A stretch of DNA of 64,000 nucleotides from positions 76,384,001-76,448,000 of the forward strand of contig NW_024704743.1 of the NCBI RefSeq assembly GCF_018977255.1, read 5' to 3'. Shown here piece by piece: positions 25,559 through 37,020 of the stretch. The notes under the pieces are model-generated. The model did not search any database. It saw only the letters and a program-made list of their open reading frames with translations, and was not told where the DNA came from. How positions within the stretch are numbered: the first letter of the stretch is position 1; each line of letters opens with the position of its first letter. The position numbers and the translations under genes are program-made. Origin of the DNA: Callorhinchus milii. Taxonomy: Eukaryota.

Positions 25559-26573
25559 ATCCAATGTGATGTGTGGCCTCAGGAAAGCTTGAAGGGGATC
25601 TGACCATCTCACTGAGTTTGTCTTGAGTGAGAATGGTCTAAACCTGTTTGTGCCAATAAGCAGTGTTTGCGGTTATGTTACCCCTCCCCCCACCAACTCT
25701 TCAAACTGAGCATTACCTCTTGCCTTTTATCTATTTTCTAACACATTGGCTCATTTTGTAGAACTAACGATTCTGGGTTCAAAACCCACAGCATTTGTGC
25801 TTCTGTTAGGGAATAGGGTGTCAGCTATGGAGTCTGGCATTGATGGTCTCACAGAGCTTGCTCAGGCAAAGTCTGTGCTATGACTGATCTATAATTTTTG
25901 GAGAGTAATGATGGTGAGTAGGGCCTTGGGGAAATCAGGTCTGGAGGGAACAAGGATATGGAGGAGGGATTTGGCTGTATTGGGAGTGATGTGAGGACAG
26001 AGGCAGGTGATTAAGAACATGGTCTTGGGTAGATTTGATTTTAAGACACATTTCAACCTCTATTACAAAAATATTTAATTAATGTTAGAACTGATATGCC
26101 ATGAGGCTATGGTTACATTTAACTACTACAGCAGTATTCACAACACAGAAAGCTGTTAGTGAAAACATATGTTTCACCATCTTCCGTTTACCATCAGAGA
26201 GAACTAATATGTCAGATACTTAAAACATGCTTCTCCGGAGGAATGAGCAAGAAACTGTGGTCTGTAAATGTTATCTTTAATGCATTTAACTTTGAACAAA
26301 ACATTATACAGTCAATGGAATCCTTGGAAGCCAATGGCAATGCAAATATGTTGTCTTATTCACTTACACAATAGTCATTGGACTGCACTGGATTTGATAA
26401 ACAACAATGACAACATCATAGTTTAAAGGGCCTTCAGATTTTACCAGATTGTGATCTCTCTGCTGCATTTAACAAACTCCCCCTCAATACACTGAGACCC
26501 AACTGCAGCCGTGTTGGTTTCCGAGTGAAAGGCAAGTTTTTGTGCGATCTCTTGTGTGTCTGCAGCTGCTGTG

Positions 26574-27004
26574 TGAATCCCAGATACCACAATAATAAAT
26601 GCCACTGTCATCCGAGGTCAGGCTTTTGATTCTGAGAGTGCACGAGTCCCCACTTTTATGAGCAGAATAAACGAGAAAATCAGGTGAGTTATCTTTCTTA
26701 TTTTCTGAGTGGTAATAGAGGATCCATTGCAGCCCCTTCCCGGGATTTTCACGGTACCAGTGAACATAGTCATTGTCAATATTATTCTTTGTACAGGTAA
26801 TCCTCGCTATTGATCCTGATTTGACGATCACGGATCTGGGCTGTGACAAGGTAAAACCATCACAGCCAACTGGAAAGAGAAAAACAATCATTAGGTTATT
26901 TTACTCTCCCTCTCTCTGACAATCTGATGGTTACTGAATTGCATCCAGATAAACTTACGCGACAGCAACACGGTCAGTACACAGACACAGCCTGTCCTCA
27001 GCAT
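26574..27004 (-). CDS. TRGV: V16, family A V segment (leader 26959-27004, V exon 26574-26869), intact
   Basis: ORF 26484-26891; 23-RSS at 26535-26573. Confidence 0.87.
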
Positions 27005-27979
27005 GTTTGATACCATGTGTGGCCCAGGAACAGCTTCAAGCGAATTTGACCATCTCAGTTGGCTCGTCGTCCTGTGGGAAAGATCCAAACCCGTTTGCAC
27101 CAATTAGAGCCGTTTTGCGGTTGTTACCTCCTCCCCTCAGAGCGTAATACTCAAAGCTTTACTATTTTACACTCTGCTGCTCACTCCACATACACCTCAA
27201 TATATCTCATTTTCCAGGCTTTACGTTTTTTATGTAAAGGATGGGCTGTGTATCAACTATAGTTTATGGAAGATCATGTTACATGCCAACCACTCTCTGT
27301 GTAAAGAGAATAAGGTTGTGATATGTGATGCATTACTTATGTTACTTTACGTCTGCTTACACGACCACAAGGTGGCAGCACACCCAACACAGTAAGTGTA
27401 TTCTACCTCTTCAGATATGATATCCACCGTATCTATATTAATGAAAGTAAATTGTAGGCCTCAGAGTAGTCATGTGTTGGCTTATGAGTTATTTAATTTT
27501 GGGGGGGAAGGGATGGGTTAGCCACATGTCTCATACATGTGATAACTCATCACCATTCCAGACAGAGTTCCATATATGTATGCCTCTTACACACAAAATG
27601 GAATACAAACTCTCTCCCTGGAGGGGCCCACACTACTTCCTAATTCCAGAGAGTATTGGCCACAATTTAGGAGCCAAATCTCAGAGATCCCTGAGTATCT
27701 GTTGGGACATTGCTGCAGTTTAACCAGCTAAAGCTGCATAACTTGCCATTGAAAGCACTTCCCAGCAAGCTTGCCCAACGAGGACTACCCTACTGGTCAG
27801 GGTTTTGGCTTGCAGAGTAAATAGGAGCTGAGTGGGAAGAGTCCTTGTTGCCAGTGAACCTGTCCACCCCTTCGAGTTGCGTCCACTGGTTAGTATTTCA
27901 GGAGTTGTATAGACACGGAAGCTGTATTCAACGACTGGAGGACAACACATTGGTTATTCAAAAAGGGAGTGAGGCATGT

Positions 27980-28290
27980 GCTTGACAGTGTCCGTTTCCT
28001 TTGTTCCTCCGGGTCTGGCCTCCTTCTTGTCCCCCGAGTCCTCCGCTCCAGGCTTGGTGGCCGTGCCTTCAGCCACTATGCCTCGAGGCTCTGGAACTCC
28101 CTTCCTCATTCCATTCGCCTCACTCCCTCTTCTTATTTTCAGATCTCTGTTGAAGACCTTTCTTTTCGACCGCACCTTTGGTCACCTTCTTCCCCACCTC
28201 ACTGGCTCGGCCCCGGGATCCGTTACTGTGAAGCGCTCTGATACGTAGTCTGGTGTGGAGGGCACTATATGAATCCAAGTTGTTGTTGTT
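27980..28290 (+). mobile_element. 5'-truncated L2-type LINE 3' fragment
   Basis: Absent from paralogous blocks (21680, 30690); resembles the 3' ends of the L2 copies at 42.4-42.65 kb and 45.2-45.4 kb; (TTG)n tail. Confidence 0.7.
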
Positions 28291-28816
28291 ACACATTTAA
28301 CAAGTAAATTCCAGCCTGATTCTGTTGCTAGCACTCTTGCCTCTGAGTAAGAAGGTCGTGAGTTCAAGCCCCATATGAGTACTTGGAATTGATATAGTCT
28401 ATGCTGTCGAATCCAGTGCTGAATTGTTGGAGGTGCCGTCCTTCAGACGAAGCCTTATTGAGAGATCTAGTTTGCTTTGTCCAGATGGACACTCAAGATC
28501 CTAAGGCACTATTCAAAAAGTCAAAGGCTTTTATTCCAGTATCGTGGCCTTTGTTGGGATTCAATCTTAAAATTAATACATGCAGCCAATTGAAATACAA
28601 GCGTGTTGTTTCAAAGCTGGAATTATCCTATTTGGGAAACGATTAGGTTTTTCCTGTTTGTGATTGAATTTTATTCGATTTCAAGCCCACCATGTGATTA
28701 TTGTTGTGCAATCTACCATAGGTGTAAAATGTCAGAGTGACTAAAATAAGGTTCCTCTATAACTCTTTCCATCCTGTTAATACAATGAACGCAACCCACT
28801 TTTTATAGTTCTTCCC

Positions 28817-28855
28817 AGTTTCTGGTCCGCAACGATCTGGATTGACCAGACTGTG
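28817..28855 (-). other. Second 23-RSS-like signal downstream of V17
   Basis: CACAGTC-23-CCAGAAACT; 4 spacer substitutions. Confidence 0.6.
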
Positions 28856-28975
28856 ATCTCTCTGCTGCAGTTAACAATCTCCTCCTCAATACACTGAGAC
28901 GCAACTGCAGCCGTGTTGGCTTCCGAGTGAAACACAAGTTTTTGTACGATCTCTTGTGTGTCTGCAGGTGCTGTG

Positions 28976-29410
28976 TGAATCCCAGACACCACAATAATAA
29001 ATGCCACTGTCATCTGAGGTGAGGCTTTTGATTCTGAGAGTGCACGAGTCCCCACTTTTATGAGCAGAAAAACGTGGAAAATCAGGCGAGTTATCTTTCT
29101 TATTTCCTGAGTGGTAATAGAGGATCCATTGCAGCCCCTTCCCGGGATTTTCACGGTACCAGTGAACATAGTCATTGCCCATATCATTCTTTGTACAGGT
29201 AATCCTCACTACTGATCCTAATTTGCCGATCATGGATAAGGGCTGTGACAAGATAAAACCATCACAGCCAACTGGAAAGACAAAAACAATCATTAGGTTA
29301 TTTTACTCTCTCTCTCTCTCTCTGACAATCTGATGGCTACTGAATTGCATCCAGATAAACTTACGCGACAGCAAGACGGTCAGTACACAGACACAGCCTG
29401 TCCTCAGCAT
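28976..29410 (-). CDS. TRGV: V17, family A V segment (leader 29365-29410, V exon 28976-29271), intact
   Basis: ORF 28886-29293; 23-RSS at 28937-28975. Confidence 0.87.
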
Positions 29411-31213
29411 GTTTGATACCGTGTGTGGCCCAGGAACAGCTTCAAGCCAATTTGACCATCTCAGTTGACTCGTCTTCCTGTGGGAAAGATCCAAACCCGT
29501 TTGCACCAATTAGAGCCGTTTTGCGTTTGTTTCCTCCTCCCCTCAGAGCGTAATACTCGAATCTTTACTTTTTTACACTCTGCTGCTCACTGCACATACA
29601 CCTCAATATTTCCCTTTTTCCAGGCTTTACATTTTTTAAGTATAATATGGGATGTGCGTCAACTATGATTTATGGCGAATGATTTTACATGCCAACCATT
29701 CTCTGTGTAAAGGGAGTAACGTTGTGATGTTTAAAGCATTACTTGAGTTACTTTACGTCTGCTTAAACGACCACAAGGTGGCAGCACACCCAACACAGTA
29801 AGTGAATTGTGCCTCTTCAGACGAGATATCCAGCGAATTATATTATTGAAATTAAAGTAAATTGTAGGCCTCAGAGTAGTCATATGTTGGCTTATAAGTT
29901 ATTTTGTAGGGTTGATCTGCTGATGAGCGGTGAAATCTGTGCTATACGGTGATAGTCATGATTCAAAGATTCAGAATCAACATTCTACATTGGCACAACA
30001 GAAACCAGGCCTCAGTGAATGGGAGATGGATTCCATGGAGCAATTTGGTGAATGTACTTTTTGGGGAGGCAGCCACATGTCTGATACAAGTGAAAACTCA
30101 TCAGATTGAGAGTTCCATACATGTAGCCTCTTACACATGGAAAGCTCTCTTTGGAATGGAATAGCAACTCTTTCCCTGGAGAAACCCACTCTATTTTGTA
30201 ATTCCATAGAGTATTGGCCACAGTTTAGTGAGCCAACGCTTGGAGATCTTTGATTATCTGTCGGGACATTGCTTCAGTTTAACCAGGTAAAACGGCATAA
30301 CTTGCTATTGCAAGCACTGTCCAGCAAGCGTACCCAACGAGGACCACCCTAATAGTCAGGGCTTTGGTTTGCAGTGTAATTAGGAGCTGAGTGGGAAGAT
30401 TCCTTGTTCCCAGTGAACCCGTCCACACTTTTGAGTTGTGCCGAATAGTTTGCTGGCTGAGCTGTTATAGCCAGGGGCCGAGAACACTGACCTGCCCGAC
30501 TAAGGAAACTAGGATCTTCTTCAGCTGAACCTCCCTTTTGATGTGTTGATATCCCTCCCTCATTGGGCACAAAGATTCTCACACAAAAAAACACTCCTCT
30601 GGTTGGTATTTCAGGAGTTGTATAAACACAGAAGCTGCATTCAAGGACTGGAGGACAACACATTGGTTATTCAAAAGGGGAGTGAGGCATATGCATTCAA
30701 TATGTAATTACCAGCCTGGTTCAGTTGGCAGCACTCTTGCTCCGAGTAAGAAGGTCATGGGTTCAAGCCCCATATCAGGACTTGGAACTGATATAGTTTA
30801 TGCTGACTAATTGCTGCTAAATTGTTGGAGGTGCCATCCTTCAGATGAAACGTTATCCAGAGATAAAATCTGCTTCGTCCAGATGGACACTGAAGATCCT
30901 AATGCTCTATTCATCAAGTGAAAGGCTTTTATCGTGGTGTCCTAGACTTTGTTGGGATTTAATCTTAAAATTAATATATGCAGCCAATTAAAATACAAGC
31001 ATGTTGTTTGAAGCAGGAATTATCCTATTTGGGAAACCATTACGTTTTTCCTGTTTGTAATTGAATTTTATTTGTTGACAAGCCCACCATGTGATTATTG
31101 TTGTGCAATGTACCATAGATGTAAAATGTCAGAGTGACTAAATTAAGGTTCTTCTATAACTCTTTCCATCCTGTTAATACAATGAACCTAAAACATTCTG
31201 TATAGTTGTTCCC

Positions 31214-31252
31214 ATTTTCTGGACCACAACTATCAGGATTGACCAGACTGTA
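31214..31252 (-). other. Degenerate second RSS-like signal downstream of V18
   Basis: TACAGTC-23-CCAGAAAAT; the critical first C of the heptamer is lost. Confidence 0.4.
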
Positions 31253-31372
31253 ATCTCTCTGCTCCAGTTAACAATCTCCCCCTCAATACACTGAGACCCA
31301 ACTGCAGCCGTGTTGGTTTCCGAGTGAAAGGCAAGTTTTTGTACGATCTCTTGTGTGTCTGCAGCTGTTGTG

Positions 31373-31803
31373 TGAATCCCAGACACCACAATAATAAATG
31401 CCACTGTCATCCGAGGTGAGGCTTTTGATTTTGAGAGTGCACGAGTCCCTATTTTTATCAGCAGAAAAACCAAGAAAATCAGGCGAGTTATCTTTCTTAT
31501 TTTCTGAGTGGTAATAGAGGATCCATTGCAGCCCCTTCCCAGGATTTTCACGGTACCAGTGAACATAGTCATTGCCCATATCATTCTTTGTACAGGTAAT
31601 CCTCGCTACCTTTCCCGATTTCCCGGTCATGGATCTGGGCTGTGACAAGGTGAAGCCATCACAGCCAACTGGAAAGAGAAAAACAATCATTAGGTTATTT
31701 TACTCTCCCTCTCTCTGACAATCTGATGGTTACTGAATGGCATTCAGATAAACTTACGCGACAGCAAGACGGTCAGTACACAGACACAGCCTGTCCTCAG
31801 CAT
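31373..31803 (-). CDS. TRGV: V18, family A V segment (leader 31758-31803, V exon 31373-31668), intact; most distal V seen
   Basis: ORF 31283-31690; RSS CACAACA-23-ACAAAAACT at 31334-31372. Confidence 0.85.
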
Positions 31804-34329
31804 GTTTGATACCATGTGTGGCCCAGGAACAGCTTCAAGCCAATTTGACCATCTCAGTTGGCTCGTCTTCCTGTGGGAAAGATCCAAACCCGTTTGCACC
31901 AATTAGAGCCGTTTTTAGTTTGTTTCCTCCTCCCCTCAGAGCGTAATACTTGAAGCTTTACTTGGTCTCTTTGCCATTTATTCATTATTTTAACAACTTT
32001 GCTCATTCGATACGAATGTATTCCCACAGGATTTGAGCTCCAAATCTGTCTTTACACTGGGGGAATGCAGCACAGTGAGAGGTACTGTCTTTGGGGTGAG
32101 ATGTTGAATCGAGGTCCCCTTGTCTCATTCAGATGGACACTAGAAATATTATGATACTATGAATAAAATAGATTTTCTCACTGCCCTGGCCAAACTTTCT
32201 CTTTAGGTACTGCTGTTTTCGGAAACTTGCTGGTGCAAATGGGTTTGAGTTTGCCTACAAAGGCAGCCACTACGCACCGAATAACAATTACTTATGAAGG
32301 GATTTGATACATAGCACCATGATATGGAAGTTATTCCCTGACCAGTTTAGCAGCAGATTAACAAGGATTCATACCAAGATCTATTGATAGAAACATTTTG
32401 ATTCTACAGAGGATTTGGGGTTGATATACCTTTCATTGATATTAGTTTGTGAAACCAACCATATTGACCTCCTGTCAGAGTGGAATTCCATTAGATATCA
32501 GTCAAAAATGTTAATGCAGCAAATGTTTTACCTCTTTCAAACACCCCCTCCTGCCCTCTACAACTGATACAATTCAAGCTTGGGAGTCACGTAATCTTCT
32601 TTTCTCACATTATCTTACTTTCTCCTATTCCTTTCAACCTTACTAGTGCCGTAAACCTCATCCTATATGAACGTATCTCAATAAAAATAGAAATGACATG
32701 AGTTACCCGGAAAATGATTGTTACAGATTGCTAATTTGTGATTATTTGGTGCAAATTCTGTTCAGCAGATTCCTGTTTTAATCAGCTTTTCTATGAATTA
32801 TTTTACACCCATTCCCTCTGCTTATTTTTCTTTGGAGCACTTGGAACTTGTTGTCTGGTTTAAAACTGTGTGTCTTTGTGGTCAGTTCAGCCCCTGCTCG
32901 AAATTTGCCTCCTTTAAGCAGAGCTGCGCCAGGAAGTTGGAAAGGCTTTTATAAACCAGCACCAAGCAAATGATTTAAAGGCATATTTACTTACAATTTT
33001 TTTAATATTTGGACCTTTTACTAGAAAATAGATTCACAGAAAATACCAGGAAGTGCATAGTGACTTGGCCAGTCTTGATCTGTGGCATAAGTTATAAAAT
33101 CACAGAATGTTACAGCACAGAAACACACCAATTAGCTCACTAAGGCTGCACTGGTGTTTTGCTCCATATTAAGGCATTTAACTCTAATCGCATTCTCCTG
33201 CTCACTGCACGTACTCCTCAATATTTCTCCGTTTCCAGGCTTTACATTTTTTAAGTATAATATGGGCTGTGCTTCAACTATGGTTTATGGCAGATTATTT
33301 TATATGCCAACCACCCTCTGCATCAAGGAAATAACGTGATGTTTAAAGCATTAGTTGTCATATGTTACGTCTGCATACAGGACCATAAGGTGGCAGCACA
33401 CCCAATACTGTAAGTGGATTGTGCCTCTTCAGACCAGGTAGGCACCATGTTTATATTAATAAAATGAAAGTAAATTTCAGGCCTCAGAGTAGTCACATGT
33501 TGACTTATGAGTTGTTTTGTAGGGTTAATCTGCTGCTGAGCGGTGAAATCTGTGCTATGGGGTGATAGTCATGATTCAAGTATTCAGAATCAACATTCAA
33601 CCTGGCACATCAAATATCAGACCTCAGTAAATGGAGATGGATTCCATGCAACAATTTGGTGAGTGTAATTTTTGTGGGTGGTCAGCCGAATGTCTGATAC
33701 ATGTGAAAACTCATCACCATACCAGAACTGAGAGTTCTATATACATATGTCTCTTACACATGGAAATTCTCTGTATGGAATGGAACACACACTCCTTTCC
33801 TGGAGGGACCCAACTGTTTCCTATTTATGGAAATTATTAGCTGCAGGTTGGTGACCCAAAGCTTGGGGACCTCAGATTAGGTAACCAGCTAAAACATCAT
33901 AACTTGCCATTGATGAGCACTGCCCACCCTACTTGCAGGGTAAGTAGGAGCTGAGTGGGAAAAATCCCTGTTCCCTGCTCCGCCCCTTCAAGTTGTGCTG
34001 ACGAGCCGGTTGGCTGGTCTGTCATAGTCAGGGCCCTGAAATTTTGTGGTCCGCCTGGCTAAGAAAATTGAAAGTTCGGTCCGACCCTGTTGTAATGCAC
34101 ATAGTTATAGCATGAGTCGGTTTGCAACCTGGTCAACATTCATCCCAATTAATTGATATTCACATTATGGCTTCTTATAGGACCTGATTGGCATTCACTC
34201 TACTTATCAGTAATTACCTGTGAGACAGTCCTCCAATAATAAAACTGAGGAACTGAAGTGAGAAAGATCATTCAATTTCCGGTAATACTTTTGAATGCAC
34301 CGAGACAACAGAAGAAAAGGACACGGGTT

Positions 34330-34480
34330 TGGTTTGCAATGGGCAGTTTCAAGACAGACACCAGGATGCATTTCTTTATCCAGAGGGTAATTAATGACTG
34401 GAACAGGTTACCAGAAAGTGTGGTTGTTACCATAACCTGGACTCATTTTTAAAACAAGCAGCTTGAATGCCTTGATGGGA
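34330..34480 (+). mobile_element. CR1 LINE 3' fragment (decayed)
   Basis: Encodes FKTDTRMHFFIQRVINDWNRLPESVV, a typical CR1 ORF2 C-terminus. Confidence 0.65.
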
Positions 34481-35036
34481 GGGCAGTGCGGTGGGCTTTC
34501 TGGAAAGATCAGCTGAGATGGATTTAAGGGCCTTCTTCAGCTGATCCTTCCTAATGATTTCTTGATATCCTGCCTCCAATGGGCCCAAATATTCCTCGGA
34601 AATAGAAATATAAAAAATACTCCAGTCTGATTCCTGTGGTTTTCTGTGCTATTTTCCTCTGCACACTTACTAATGAGAATGAACCAAGACAAACATGAGA
34701 ACAATTAAGCAGTTAAGATATTTTGATCCTAAGTGTGTGTAAACTGGAAAACCAACAGGAAAAAAAATAATAAACAGTAAAGGAAAGCTTATGTATAAAA
34801 CGTTTAACCCAATTTGGATGTCTCTATCTCGTTTTTGATTCCACTATAACTTTGCTTTTCTCCCTTCTCAGCTCATTCCATTGGTTTTGACTTCACTCCT
34901 CTGGTTGGTATTTCAGTAGTTGTATAAATACATGAGCTGTTCCTAAGGACTGGAGGACAACAAATATTAATCTGTTATTCAAACAGGGAGTGAAACGTGT
35001 ATTTGACACATGTTTCACATATAAGAATTAATTATT

Positions 35037-35475
35037 AGCCTGGCTCAATTGGTAGGACTCTTGCCTTGGAATCAGAAGGTTGTGGGTTCAAGCCCCATAT
35101 GAGGTACTTGGAACCTATATAGTCTATGCTCGCATTCCAATGCAGTGCTGAATTGTTGGAGGTGCCATCTTTCAAATGAGATGTTAAACCGAGATCCTGT
35201 CTGCCTTGTCCAGGTGGACGTTAAAAATCACATGCCACTAATCAAAATGTGATGGGAGTTGATCTCAGTATCCTGGCTACAATCCCCCAAATAAAATGAA
35301 TCATTCACTCCATGGCTCCATGTGGAACATTGCTGTGTGCAAATTAGCCGCCACATTCCCCCACAAAATACACACAGTCACGCCACTACAGTATATCCTG
35401 TAAAGAGCTTTGAGATGTCTCCATAACATGATAAGGTGCTATATAAAATGCAAGAATTAATAATAATAATAATAA
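35037..35475 (+). mobile_element. Full-length Deu-domain (SacSINE1-like) SINE; truncated copies at ~15290-15532, 21720-21983, 28312-28548, 30715-30946
   Basis: tRNA-like head, central GGAGGTGCC.TCTTTC..ATGAGATGTTAAACCGAG...CAGGTGGAC Deu-type core, and an L2-like tail. Family name recalled from the known consensus, not searched. Confidence 0.65.
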
Positions 35476-35849
35476 TGACAACAACATCACTCCTCTGATC
35501 CTCCTGATTTGGGCAAAATGGTTCAGCCTGAAAATTTTGGTAGCCACCATTAAAGATGCTACAAAAGAAACAAAGAGTTTGAATGACACTTCACGTCAAA
35601 CCAATGAAACATGGATTTGGTGATACTTATCATATCACAACAATAACAACAACAACAAATTACACTTGTATAGTGCCCTTCACATTGGAAAAATGTCCAG
35701 GGCACTGGACAATTACATGACCTATACAATCTGTTGGGGGAACCTGTTTGAGAGAATTAAATGGGATGGGACCAATTTCCATTTAGTAAGTTTTGAGGTT
35801 ACAAAAAACAGCTGGCTCTATTTCGAAGAATAGGAGGTGAGTAATAAAT

Positions 35850-36090
35850 GTATTAGAATTTACTGAAGAGGCAATTGAATTTGTAGATGATACCTATCCA
35901 ATTTATATATTGACTTTCATTTCCAGAATACCTTTATTTGAGGAAAGCAAAAATATGCTTCCACATATCAGGCTTTTTGAGGAGGTAGAGTCACAGAATT
36001 AACGGCAAATTAACTAGCTGGTCCTGGCTTAATGATAGGAAGCAGAACGTATTTGAATATTGGTGATTCTTCATTGGTGAGATGGTGTAG
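35850..36090 (+). mobile_element. Decayed CR1 RT fragment
   Basis: Relics of the DF-KAFD-VPH...WLNDRKQ motifs with frameshifts. Confidence 0.45.
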
Positions 36091-37020
36091 AACACCAAAA
36101 AAAAACAATTTGTAAATTTTTTAAAAATCCAATCAATAAAAAAATTGCACTTTTGTGAGCGTTTGTTCGAAATCTGACAAACTCATACAGCACAGCATGT
36201 CTACAAAATGATCAAAGAGTGTCAGTTGGTGGTAGAAAGAAAATGACAGGAAATGAAGAAAACGTTAATAGAGGTCTGTCCCACTATGGATTCTTTGACT
36301 GTTAGCTCACAGTGAGATCCTGTCATATGGGATGTGTCTTACATTCACACTGAAATTGCCTGGATATGTGAAACCCCTTGAGGATTGATGTGGACACAGC
36401 AGTGTTTGTGCAGCAAATTCTGTTGCACAGTGTGGTTCTCGCAAGGAAGTAAAGCAGAGCTGATTCTGTAACCACTACCGGCAATCGGCTCCCACAGACC
36501 CCATTGCTACCCCCGCCCCATTCCATCCTTAGTCAACTGTTGAGCTTTCAGCTACAGAAGCTACATAACAGTTCATACCGCAGTTGCTGGAGAGGTTGCA
36601 GCTGCTGAATATCTCCAGTTTCTGTAGTTTAATCTTTCAGACTGGCAAGAAAGCTTTACTTTAGTACCAGCACAAAATGTAATTGATTGGAGTCTGATTT
36701 GTTATATTTCTTCATGAGATTCATTAAAAATGGGTTCTTTCAGAATTCCCATCAACCCAAAGAATAGTGGATAAGGGTGAAATCCTGCAGGTTGGTGTGT
36801 CGTAAGAACGTATTCTCTGAATAAAGGCAGAATTTAAAACTTTTCCAGAATTTTGCACAACTTAATTTTTAAAATAATATAATAATACCTGCACCCTATA
36901 TTAGTATCTATAATGTTGACATTTCATAAAGCGCTACACAGGTAATTGTAATCAAGTGTATTGACTTAAATTTGTAGGAAAACACGGCAAGCATTTTGTG
37001 CATGGTCAGGTTCCACAAAT

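Larger units (their letters stand above)
1..31803 (-). other. TRG: Tandem array of 18 TCR-gamma-type V gene segments/relics (5' end of locus; continues past left edge)
   Basis: Repeated units of leader exon, intron, Ig V-set exon (C..W..YYC..W) and 23-RSS, with no J or C segment between them, indicate a translocon rather than the cluster layout of shark Ig. The YYCG(V/L)W(D/H)S ending and 23-RSS fit TRGV. The TRG assignment is inferred. Confidence 0.8.

Noticed and set aside
521-34000. Recurrent 60-100 aa ORFs in V spacers (e.g. MQNKIRSS, MARLPVGK, MLTGLNMC, MWTRDSLK)
   Set aside because: They recur only because the DNA is duplicated. Paralogs are broken by stops and frameshifts, and there is no domain or splice logic.
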